Below the pieces are notes generated by a model. It did not search any database and was not told the DNA's origin. It saw nothing but the letters and a program-made list of their open reading frames with translations. The translations under genes were made by a program, and so were the position numbers. Positions 37,313-45,544 of a DNA stretch of 50,432 nucleotides are shown in pieces; the first letter of the stretch is position 1; every line of letters begins with the position of its first letter. The DNA is from Deltaproteobacteria bacterium (lineage in GTDB: Bacteria; Desulfobacterota; Dissulfuribacteria; Dissulfuribacterales; QOAL01): assembly GCA_027003115.1 (NCBI GenBank), contig JALWYS010000127.1, positions 1-50,432 on the forward strand, read 5' to 3'.

Positions 37313-38924
37313 CTTCTTTTACCTCCCCTCTTCCAGGTATCTCACGACCTCTTAAGTCTACAGACCTTTCATTCTCCCCTTCCATTATCAAGGCATTCCC
37401 TACAAGCTCTGATACTCCACAAACGTCTACTTCAGGTACCCAGTATTCCATAGAGGCTGGCAGGACTGCCCTGTCTATGGCACATACGCAGGCAAGCATG
37501 TTTACTCCATACCTTTCATGTACATACTTGACTGCATTGGCCCGTGGCAGACCTCCTCTTAGCCGAAGTTCCATGTTTTCACCTGCGTTTAGCCCAGCAC
37601 CGCTTCCGCAACAGAACGTTTGCTCGCGTATGGTATTCTCTGGCATCTCGTAAAAATTCTTGCACACATTCTTTATTATGTAACGAGGTTCTTCGAACAT
37701 CCCCATTCCACGTGAAGGGTTGCATGAATCGTGGTAGGTGACCTTGAAGTGATCATTTCTGCTGGGGTCAAGCTTAAGCTTCCCGTGCTTTATGAGGTCT
37801 GCGGTAAATTCTGATATGTGAACCATCTTTGCAGACTTTGCGTTTTCAAACTTGGTTCCTGTAATAGGCGAAACGGGTTCTTCAAGAAAGTCCGGTGGCC
37901 CATTGAATGTATTCATATACTGGTGAACTACACGCCACATGTGGCCACATTCACCGCCCAGTATCCACTTTACCCCGAGTCTTTTGGCCTCTGCATATAT
38001 CTTTGCGTTTAGCCTCTGGGCCATATCCAGAGAAGTAAAAAAACCGAAGTTACCACCTTCACTGTTGTAGGTGCTCCATGTGTAATCAAGACCCAGGTGC
38101 TCAAACAGCATTAGATAACCCGACAAGGTGTAGATGCCTGGTTCGGCAAAAACATCGCCAGACGGGGTGACAAATAGGATCTCTGCCCCTTTTCTATTAA
38201 AGGGTGGTTCAATTTTAATACCAACAAACTCCTCAATATCCATGCACATAAATTCCACATTTTGCTTGAAGGTGTGGGGAAGGAGTCCGAGGTGGTTACC
38301 AGTTTCGTAGCAGTTGGCAACCGGTTCCTGTATCCAGTTGATGTTTAGACCAAAGAGGTTTATGAGCTCCCTGCCGATAATGGTGACCTCGGCGGTATCT
38401 ATACCATAGGGACAAAAAAGGGAGCATCTGCGGCACTCTGTGCACTGAAACATGTAGTACCAGATTTCCTTCAAGACCTCTTCAGTAAGCTTCCTGCCGC
38501 CTGCCAACCTTCCAAGTATCTGGCCTGCCTTGGTGAATTCGCCCCTGTAGACCGAGCGAATAAGTTCAGCCCTGGCTACAGGCATATTCTTGGGATCACC
38601 TGAGCCAAGGAAAAAGTGACATTTATCTGCGCACGCGCCGCACCTTACACAGATATCCATGAATATCTTGAAGGAACGGTGCTTGTTAAGCCTTTCCCTC
38701 ATGCCTTCAAGGAAGGTCTCTTTCCAGTCCTCAGGAAGACCCCAATCATCATCCAGCGGACTCCAGACATGGGGATTGGGCATACCCACAGCCTCTACCT
38801 TCTCCGGCTTTGCAGGATAGCAGTATATACCCGGCTTGATGACAGTGGGAATGTCCATCCAGTCCCGATTTGGGGGAGTAAGGTCAATCCTTAACATTTC
38901 TTGGGGTGTTAGTTCTTTAGTCAT
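37305..38924 (-). CDS. dsrK: DsrK (HdrD-like Fe-S / CCG-domain catalytic subunit)
   Basis: CVRCGACADKCH, CTECRRCSLFCPYG and the CCG motif FCCGSGAG. Confidence 0.92.
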   Translation of the reverse strand: MTKELTPQEMLRIDLTPPNRDWMDIPTVIKPGIYCYPAKPEKVEAVGMPNPHVWSPLDDDWGLPEDWKETFLEGMRERLNKHRSFKIFMDICVRCGACADKCHFFLGSGDPKNMPVARAELIRSVYRGEFTKAGQILGRLAGGRKLTEEVLKEIWYYMFQCTECRRCSLFCPYGIDTAEVTIIGRELINLFGLNINWIQEPVANCYETGNHLGLLPHTFKQNVEFMCMDIEEFVGIKIEPPFNRKGAEILFVTPSGDVFAEPGIYTLSGYLMLFEHLGLDYTWSTYNSEGGNFGFFTSLDMAQRLNAKIYAEAKRLGVKWILGGECGHMWRVVHQYMNTFNGPPDFLEEPVSPITGTKFENAKSAKMVHISEFTADLIKHGKLKLDPSRNDHFKVTYHDSCNPSRGMGMFEEPRYIIKNVCKNFYEMPENTIREQTFCCGSGAGLNAGENMELRLRGGLPRANAVKYVHERYGVNMLACVCAIDRAVLPASMEYWVPEVDVCGVSELVGNALIMEGENERSVDLRGREIPGRGEVKEDV

Positions 38925-38942
38925 GATACCTTTCCCTTTTTA

Positions 38943-39938
38943 TTATTCTCTCTCCAGCGGTAGTCCTGCCTCTTTCATATATTCCCTGTACATATCTTCA
39001 TATTCCTCGTAGGAATGGAACTTGGGAGGCTTTCTCCAGGGATTTTCGTGGTAAGCCATCCTGGTGGTGTTTGCAAGATTCCTGGTTGGGCTCATGAAAA
39101 CACCACCCATGTGCATGAGCTTACTGAATGGGAAATACGCTATAAGCGTACAAACAAGGGCCAAGTGCACGAAAAATATTGCACCGATCCCCTTGGGGAC
39201 CACAGGATGAAAGCTTACTATGCCATTTGCAAGGGCCTTCACTGCGGTGATGTCCACCCTGAAAACAAATCTCATCAAGAGCCCACTTATTACAATTCCC
39301 AAGATCAGGAAAAGAGGAAAGTAATCGGCAGCAAGTGAAATGAAACGCACCTTTGGAAGACAAAGCCTCCTGATAAGAAGGCCTGTCACACAGAGCAGTA
39401 TGGTTATGTCTGTAAGGTATATGGGAGGAATGCCAATCTGAAACATTCCGTCCACAGCGTCAAGGGTCTCAACAAAACCTGGGATCGGATGGACAAATAG
39501 ACGAAGGTGCCTGATGGCAATGATCAAAAAGGAATAGTGAAAACCCAGGGCCAGCAGCCATAGCCATTTGGTTGGCGAATGGATGAGCCAGCCTGAGCGA
39601 AGATCCGTCCTCATGTTCCTGAAAAGCGAACGAAACAGGCAGACCTCAAAGAACATCCTCATAAGCACCCCGCCAGTGGTGCTGGGATTGTCTATCTTGG
39701 CCCACTTTATCCACGGCAAGGAAAATTCCTGCCCCGCTGTGGTTGGGATACGAAAAGGCACCGGCGACTTGGCCCAGTTAATAACCTTTGCCATGAATCC
39801 AAAAAAGAAGATGGCGAAGGCTACATAGAGCAGGGCCACGCTGAACAAGGGCTGCAAGAAGGATATGGATCCTCCTATGAGAGCCACTGCCACAATTGCC
39901 AAAACTACTGCTAGTGGAAACAAAATACGCGCTGCCAT
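38943..39938 (-). CDS. dsrM: DsrM (NarI-like diheme cytochrome b membrane subunit)
   Basis: 331-aa protein with multiple TM helices, conserved His-bearing helices and a soluble C-terminal tail. It is first in the MKJOP order. Confidence 0.88.
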   Translation of the reverse strand: MAARILFPLAVVLAIVAVALIGGSISFLQPLFSVALLYVAFAIFFFGFMAKVINWAKSPVPFRIPTTAGQEFSLPWIKWAKIDNPSTTGGVLMRMFFEVCLFRSLFRNMRTDLRSGWLIHSPTKWLWLLALGFHYSFLIIAIRHLRLFVHPIPGFVETLDAVDGMFQIGIPPIYLTDITILLCVTGLLIRRLCLPKVRFISLAADYFPLFLILGIVISGLLMRFVFRVDITAVKALANGIVSFHPVVPKGIGAIFFVHLALVCTLIAYFPFSKLMHMGGVFMSPTRNLANTTRMAYHENPWRKPPKFHSYEEYEDMYREYMKEAGLPLERE

Positions 39939-39954
39939 ACCTACTCCTCTAAGA

Positions 39955-40599
39955 TTAATGTTGGGTTATTTCTTTTTTTAGCTTTTCGAGATGCTTGATA
40001 CCACGCTTCATCATATAGGAAGGACACATACCCCCAGAAAGCAGATATGGTCTCTTCAAGAGATCATTGCGTTTTATCTCCCAGACCTTTTCCCTGCATT
40101 CCATAAAGACATCAAAGGCCAGGAGCCCGAACCTGTCTATTTCTGATTCAAACTCCAAATACTCCTTGACCAGGCCCTTTTTCTGCGCAATCCCAAAGAC
40201 CTCCTTACGGACAATTTTTTTGAGGGCGAAAATGATTTGAACGGCACTTGCCGGACTAAAATCCTGTACGGCCCGTACCCGTACCAGATTGTCAAGGAGT
40301 TTCTTCGTAGTGGCCGGATCCGCCTCGCCTATGAGCTGGTCGTAAAGAGGCCAGATACTTTCCTCTATGGATGAGCCAATGGGATTTGAGAATTTGTTTT
40401 TTTCTCTTTTCAGGAACTGGGCTGTTTCGGGGGGATAGGATTTGTGGATTAGATCCCTCCACTTCTCAACAATCGGACCCTTTTTCTGCTCCAGGATCTC
40501 CCTAAGCCCCTTATGTAATTTTCTCCCCACAGATGCCTCCTTTGAAAAGAGATTCCTGGGTAAATTCAACCCGTTTTCCTCCCCAGTTGGCCACGACAT
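39955..40599 (-). CDS. DsrT-like protein (RsbRD N-terminal-domain family) preceding dsrM
   Basis: 214 aa with IVEKWRDLIHKSYPPETAQFLKREKNKFSNPIGSSIEE. Its position directly upstream of dsrMKJOP matches the dsrT locus of sulfate reducers. Family assignment is from memory. Confidence 0.5.
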   Translation of the reverse strand: MSWPTGEENGLNLPRNLFSKEASVGRKLHKGLREILEQKKGPIVEKWRDLIHKSYPPETAQFLKREKNKFSNPIGSSIEESIWPLYDQLIGEADPATTKKLLDNLVRVRAVQDFSPASAVQIIFALKKIVRKEVFGIAQKKGLVKEYLEFESEIDRFGLLAFDVFMECREKVWEIKRNDLLKRPYLLSGGMCPSYMMKRGIKHLEKLKKEITQH

Positions 40600-40631
40600 T
40601 TAATGAATGACCATTCAGCCAACAGTTTCTA

Positions 40632-40660
40632 TGTATAGACAAAAAGAGCTTGTGTGTCAA
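40632..40660 (-). promoter_or_regulatory. promoter candidate for dsrT-dsrMKJOP
   Basis: On the minus strand, TTGACA (40655-40660) is followed by a 17-nt spacer and TATACA (40632-40637). The -10 region reads TTTTTGTCTATAC. Confidence 0.45.
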
Positions 40661-40716
40661 GTCACTAATTAAAACCCCTTAGGGTTCCAGGCGATTCATC
40701 TTGAAAAACCAGGCAT

Positions 40717-42522
40717 TTGGCCGTAGTGTGGATGGTGTTAGAGCATGAAAAATTTTTCATAAAGTCTGGATTTACAGGATATTGTCTCGTGAAAATTGCC
40801 TTCATCAATCCCTACTGTCTTGAGCCAAGAATACAAGATTACGATATCAGGGTTCCTCCCATCGGTCTTCATTATCTTGCCGCTCTCCTAAAGGAAAAAG
40901 GACACGACTGCAAGATACTGAACTGGTACTCCATGAAAGGACAAGATAGTAGCATGGAGGAAGAACTAAAACGCATCTCCCCAGATGTTACCGCCATATC
41001 CATACTTCACGCCAACCGGTGGGGAGGCCTTGACATAGCCAGAATCTCAAAACGCCTCTTACCAGAAGCTCCGGTGATATTTGGAGGCCCTGGAGCCACC
41101 TTTTTGTGGGAACATCTTCTCACACACTTTCCTGAAATCGATGCCATAGTGATGGGAGAAGGGGAAGAGACGCTTCTGGAACTTGTTCAGTCTGTGAAAA
41201 AACAAGGCCTTGGTGCCTTGGGAAAAGTCAGGGGTATAGCCTACAGGGAAAAGGGAAAGCCCGTAAGGACAGAGACCAGACCGTTTATATCTGATCTTGA
41301 CAGATTGCCTGATCCTGCCAGGTTCTTCACCTTTCAACACGTAATTTCCTCAAGGGGATGCCCCTGGAACTGCGCCTTTTGCGGCTCTCCTAGGATATGG
41401 AAAAGAAAGGTGCGCTTTCACAGTGCAGAATACTTTGTCAACCAGCTAGAAAGGCTGAATAAAAAGGGGATCAACTTTTTTTATGTCTCAGATGACACCT
41501 TTACCCTTAAAAAGGACAGGGTCATATCCATCTGTAACAAGATTATTGAAAGAAGGCTTCAGATCGAATGGGCAGCCATCTCCAGGGTAAACATTATGGA
41601 TGAGGAGATCGCCTATTGGATGAGAAGGGCGGGCTGCACACAGATAAGCTACGGCGTTGAAAGTGGATCTCCCAAAATAAGAAAGGCCCTTAACAAGACC
41701 ATCAAAGACCAGGAGATACAAAGGGCCTTTGAAATAACCAGGGCCTATGGCATGATGCCAAGGGCCTATTTTATTTACGGAAGCCCTGGCGAAAACAACA
41801 AAACCATTGATGAGTCCATAAGGTTAATAAAAAGGATTAAACCCTTGGGTGCCATCTTTTACATCCTGGACATATTTCCTGGCACAAAGCTTTACGAGGA
41901 TTTTAAGAAGAGGACCGGACAAGGAGATGACGTCTGGCTGAATCGAATAGAAGACATCATGTATTTCCAGACCGATGAAAGGTTAAACGAAGACAAGGTC
42001 CTTAAGTTCGGAAAGAGGCTAAGAAAAGCCTTTTACTCCAACCTTCCTGCCTTTTCCTTGGATATGAAGTTAAAGGATCTTCCTGAGCTTGCCCCTTATC
42101 ACGCCTCTTTTCTTTCACGCCTTGGCATGACGTTTGTTTTTGGAGACTACGGCAAAATAGAGGAAATACCCAATAAATCCCGGACGGCAGAAGCCCTTTT
42201 TGAGCGTGCCCTGTCATTCTTTCCAGACCACAGGGCGTACCTTGGCCTTGCCATACTTTTTCAGAAAAAGGCAAAGCACAGCGAAGCCATCAGATTGCTT
42301 GAAGAAGGTCTTAAACACTTTCCAGATTCCCCTGATCTAAGTGGGTGTCTGGGGGTTAGCCTCATGTCTTTGGGAGAGCTAGCAAAGGCCCTTGACATCT
42401 TCATGAAACACGATTCCTCTCTGCAAAACCTTCGTTACGCCATACACTGTGCCCGTTCCCTGGGAAAAAACTCTCTGGCATCAAGCCTTGAAGAAAGGAT
42501 GAAAAAACTGGGCAAAAACTGA
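40717..42522 (+). CDS. B12-binding-domain radical SAM protein with C-terminal TPR repeats
   Basis: Rossmann-like N-terminal part (KIAFINPY...PPIGLHYLAALLKEKGH), radical SAM cluster SSRGCPWNCAFCGS, and TPR-like C-terminus (AEALFERALSFFPDHRAY...). The start is uncertain, with GTG 40789 possible. Confidence 0.85.
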   Translation: MAVVWMVLEHEKFFIKSGFTGYCLVKIAFINPYCLEPRIQDYDIRVPPIGLHYLAALLKEKGHDCKILNWYSMKGQDSSMEEELKRISPDVTAISILHANRWGGLDIARISKRLLPEAPVIFGGPGATFLWEHLLTHFPEIDAIVMGEGEETLLELVQSVKKQGLGALGKVRGIAYREKGKPVRTETRPFISDLDRLPDPARFFTFQHVISSRGCPWNCAFCGSPRIWKRKVRFHSAEYFVNQLERLNKKGINFFYVSDDTFTLKKDRVISICNKIIERRLQIEWAAISRVNIMDEEIAYWMRRAGCTQISYGVESGSPKIRKALNKTIKDQEIQRAFEITRAYGMMPRAYFIYGSPGENNKTIDESIRLIKRIKPLGAIFYILDIFPGTKLYEDFKKRTGQGDDVWLNRIEDIMYFQTDERLNEDKVLKFGKRLRKAFYSNLPAFSLDMKLKDLPELAPYHASFLSRLGMTFVFGDYGKIEEIPNKSRTAEALFERALSFFPDHRAYLGLAILFQKKAKHSEAIRLLEEGLKHFPDSPDLSGCLGVSLMSLGELAKALDIFMKHDSSLQNLRYAIHCARSLGKNSLASSLEERMKKLGKN

Positions 42523-42544
42523 GATTACTAGCCACTACCGAGAC

Positions 42545-43975
42545 ATGAAAGAAAATACCATAAAGGAAAACTTCAAAGTTCCTGCCTTTACTGTCGCGGC
42601 ACTTAGCGGTGGCTCTGGAAAGACCATTGTAAGCCTTGGCCTTGCCCGGGCCTTCAGTCAAATGGGCAAAACCGTTTGCTGCTTCAAGAAGGGACCAGAC
42701 TACATAGATGCGGCATGGCTTGCCTGTGCCTCCTTCAGACCCTGCTACAACCTTGACCCCTTTTTGATGGATGGGGAAACGCTGAGAGATTCCTTTAACC
42801 TTAGGGCCAAAAATGCTGACGTTGCCATAATAGAGGGCAACAGGGGGCTTTTTGACGGCATGGATGTCACGGGAACCTCTAGCACTTCTAGGCTTTGCAT
42901 CAGTATTAAAGTCCCTGTGCTCCTGGTCGTGGACTGTACAAAATCCACCAGGACGGTTGCTGCCATGGTGCTTGGATGTCTTAAATTTGAACATGGGCTC
43001 GATTTTCTGGGGGTGATACTCAACAGGGTGGGAAGTCAAAGGCATGTCAGGGTGGTAACCGAGGCGGTGGAGACCTACACAGGCCTGCCAGTTATGGGTT
43101 TTATTCCCAGGCTGAAAAAAGATCCACTTCCCATGAGACACCTTGGTCTGACTCCTGCAGACGAATTTACAGGCCAGTCTGAGGCCCTTGATGCCCTGGC
43201 CAGGATTGTGGAGGAAAACGTTGATGTGGAAAAAGTCCTGGCTCTTTCGGCCCAAAGGTCTGCAAACAGGAGCGTAAACAGGGACATCATGGCTCTTTTT
43301 GGTGTAAGGGATAGACCTTTTACCGGGATGAAGATTGGTGTCGTAAAGGATGCGGCCTTTCAGTTTTATTATCCAGAAAACCTTGAGGCCATGGAACTTC
43401 TTGGGGCAGAGCTTATCTTCTTGAATGCACTTTATGACAGGGCCATCCCGCCTGTTGACGGAATGTACATAGGAGGAGGCTTTCCTGAAACCCAGGCAAA
43501 TCACCTTGAGAAGAATCACACCTTTAGAAAAGAGCTTCTAAGACTCATTGAAAAAGGGCTTCCAGTGTATGCAGAGTGCGGCGGGCTCATGTATCTGGGC
43601 CGAAAGATAGTGTGGAAGAACAAAAAATTTAATATGGTAAAGGCCCTGCCCCTTGAGTTTGAAATGAAAAGAAAGCCCGCAGGTCATGGTTACACCACCC
43701 TTGAATTTTTTGCGGACAGCCCATTTTACAAAAAGGGCGCCAGAATAAAAGGCCATGAGTTTCACTACTCCCTTCCTTCATTGTGTGCGGATCCGCAGAC
43801 AGATCACAAGTTCGTCTGCAAAGTCATCAGGGGTAAGGGTTTTCCAGGAGGCCAGGAGGGTTTTGTTACGAGAAATACGTTTTCCACATACACACATGTA
43901 CATGCCCTTGGCCAGAAGGAGTGGGCCCGTACCTTCCTTCAAGGGGTCAGCCGCTTCTCAAAGGGCCTTAAATAA
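42545..43975 (+). CDS. dsrN: Cobyrinate a,c-diamide synthase family amidase, DsrN-like by context
   Basis: P-loop ALSGGSGKTIVSLGLARAF, PDYID, a GATase1 domain with ECGGLMYL, and the final H...E. It is 22 nt downstream of the radical SAM gene and inside the dsr locus. Confidence 0.75.
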   Translation: MKENTIKENFKVPAFTVAALSGGSGKTIVSLGLARAFSQMGKTVCCFKKGPDYIDAAWLACASFRPCYNLDPFLMDGETLRDSFNLRAKNADVAIIEGNRGLFDGMDVTGTSSTSRLCISIKVPVLLVVDCTKSTRTVAAMVLGCLKFEHGLDFLGVILNRVGSQRHVRVVTEAVETYTGLPVMGFIPRLKKDPLPMRHLGLTPADEFTGQSEALDALARIVEENVDVEKVLALSAQRSANRSVNRDIMALFGVRDRPFTGMKIGVVKDAAFQFYYPENLEAMELLGAELIFLNALYDRAIPPVDGMYIGGGFPETQANHLEKNHTFRKELLRLIEKGLPVYAECGGLMYLGRKIVWKNKKFNMVKALPLEFEMKRKPAGHGYTTLEFFADSPFYKKGARIKGHEFHYSLPSLCADPQTDHKFVCKVIRGKGFPGGQEGFVTRNTFSTYTHVHALGQKEWARTFLQGVSRFSKGLK

Positions 43976-44023
43976 AAAGCAAAGGGAGCATGTGAGATTT
44001 TGAGCAAAAAACACAAAATGGGC

Positions 44024-44053
44024 TTGACAAGGCCTTTGTCTTTTGTCTATATG
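44024..44053 (+). promoter_or_regulatory. promoter candidate for the ferredoxin gene
   Basis: TTGACA (44024-44029), an 18-nt spacer, then TATATG (44048-44053). The -10 region reads TTTTGTCTATAT. Confidence 0.5.
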
Positions 44054-44126
44054 AGTCCTGTTTAATCTGTTTAAGGCAAGAGAGACAGGGACAAGTTCCC
44101 ACAAACTAAAAATTAAGGAGGAAGCC

Positions 44127-44312
44127 ATGTTTCAGATCACAATCGACTATGACAAGTGCCAGGGCGATGAGGAATGTGTAAACGCTTGTCCTGCAGAAGT
44201 TTATGACTTTGAGGATGACAAGCCAGTAATAGCTAGGCCAGATGATTGCCTTGGTTGCGAAACCTGCGTTGAGGTTTGCCCTGTAGGTGCAATCACAGTT
44301 GAAGAAGTCTAA
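44127..44312 (+). CDS. 61-aa two-cluster ferredoxin with Asp in place of the second Cys of the first motif
   Basis: CQGDEECVNACP (C-x2-D-x2-C-x3-CP) and CLGCETCVEVCP. AAGGAGG sits 7 nt upstream of the ATG. Confidence 0.9.
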   Translation: MFQITIDYDKCQGDEECVNACPAEVYDFEDDKPVIARPDDCLGCETCVEVCPVGAITVEEV

Positions 44313-44336
44313 ATTCTAAACGTCAGTAAAAACATT

Positions 44337-44999
44337 CTAGGCCCCCTTTTTGGGGGCCTTTTTATTTTCAATGGTCTTACCCCCTGTCCGTCGCCTGCCT
44401 GGCACAGGAAAACCCCTGTTTCTGAACCACAAAAAGGCCCCAATGAGAAAGGGTTCAAACCTTATGACCATGGCATTAATGAAAACCCAGGGAAATTCCC
44501 AGAAAAAGGCCTCTGGTTTCCAGACAGTTTTTACACCTGCATTAATTAAAGAATAATAGGTCTGCAAACCACAATACCAAAACACATAGAGTACATGTAT
44601 CAGTATAAGTAACGCCAAAGCTTCTGCCAGTGTACGTGACTTCCACAAAATGAACGGATAAAGGGCTGCCATCAACGAAAGGGTCAGGGGTACATTGTAG
44701 GAATAGTTGGAGACAAAAAGCGCGACATTAAAGTTGAGATTCGCAGGACCTCGCACGGTAAGGGCTTGGTAAACGAAGTTGCAGACGGCCTTTTCGCCAT
44801 GAAAATCAATAGTGTCAACAAGGCAACCGGTAACAAATGCCGAAAGGTGTGCAGCAATACTGGTTATTGCCATGCCGTAGTAGGCCTTTACATGGATCCA
44901 TAAGAATACTCCTAGACTGTAGGCTGCCAAAAAAAGGAGTGTGGCCAGGATTATTTTATTCCTTGACAACATTGCTGAGCCAAAAAAGGAAGAGGGCAA
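44337..44999 (-). CDS. Polytopic membrane protein partnered with the exosortase-family gene
   Basis: 220 aa, about 6 TM helices, and a basic C-terminal tail. It overlaps the upstream exosortase-family ORF, which implies coupling. Confidence 0.6.
   Translation of the reverse strand: MPSSFFGSAMLSRNKIILATLLFLAAYSLGVFLWIHVKAYYGMAITSIAAHLSAFVTGCLVDTIDFHGEKAVCNFVYQALTVRGPANLNFNVALFVSNYSYNVPLTLSLMAALYPFILWKSRTLAEALALLILIHVLYVFWYCGLQTYYSLINAGVKTVWKPEAFFWEFPWVFINAMVIRFEPFLIGAFLWFRNRGFPVPGRRRTGGKTIENKKAPKKGA
44339..44368 (+). terminator. Rho-independent terminator of the ferredoxin gene
   Basis: AGGCCCCC-ttttt-GGGGGCCT followed by TTTTTATTTT. The hairpin also encodes the last codons (KKAPKKGA) of the convergent membrane-protein ORF. 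Confidence 0.75.
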
Positions 45000-45492
45000 A
45001 GGCTATGGCAATCATTATGCCCTGGGCCACGTAGATATGGAATATGTGAAAAAAACTCGCAAAATGGACGCCACAGTAACCCAGGGCCGCAATTCGGGCC
45101 ACGTTAAGGATTTGGATAACTACGAAACCTGCAAGAATTCCCCATAGTTTCTCTTTCCAGTGGGCGGGAAATGCCAAAATGGCAACCATATAGATGAGAA
45201 AAGCCTCAAGGCCGTTACACCCAAACTTCACATCCAAGGATATGCCTTGTAGGTGGATGACTGAACCCTGCACTCCCCTTACAAACCCGAAAGGCTTGAG
45301 TACAAAGGCCGTGGCCCTTACTATAAAATCGGTATAAACCCCGTTGATATCAATGACCCTCTTTATGGGTTCAAGACTCATGACAAGTGCCAGGGCTCCC
45401 ATAAAAAGGACATAGGTTACCAGGAACCTGAGACCAGAAAATCCTGGCCTCCTACCGGCCGGTCTCTTTTTATTTCCCTTTTCTCCCTGCAT
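44956..45492 (-). CDS. Short-form exosortase/archaeosortase-family transpeptidase (178 aa)
   Basis: The order of conserved catalytic-type residues fits the family: VKFGCNGLEAF (Cys), ILNVARIAALG (Arg) and FHIFHIYVAQG (His), embedded in TM helices. The size matches the minimal Xrt subfamilies. Confidence 0.65.
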   Translation of the reverse strand: MQGEKGNKKRPAGRRPGFSGLRFLVTYVLFMGALALVMSLEPIKRVIDINGVYTDFIVRATAFVLKPFGFVRGVQGSVIHLQGISLDVKFGCNGLEAFLIYMVAILAFPAHWKEKLWGILAGFVVIQILNVARIAALGYCGVHFASFFHIFHIYVAQGIMIAIAFALFLFWLSNVVKE

Positions 45493-45544
45493 AAGAGTAT
45501 GTACCCGGGCCTTGGCCCTCTGGTATGGATTACGTGGTAACCTG

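Noticed and set aside
40651-40666. TGTGT-N6-TCACT over the dsrT promoter -35 as a second CRP/FNR-type site
   Set aside because: Both half-sites deviate at conserved positions, and the match is largely forced by the TTGACA box itself.
42401-43519. 372-aa minus-strand ORF
   Set aside because: It is antisense to the CbiA/DsrN-family gene and to the end of the radical SAM gene. It is His/Lys/Gly/Pro-rich and motif-free.
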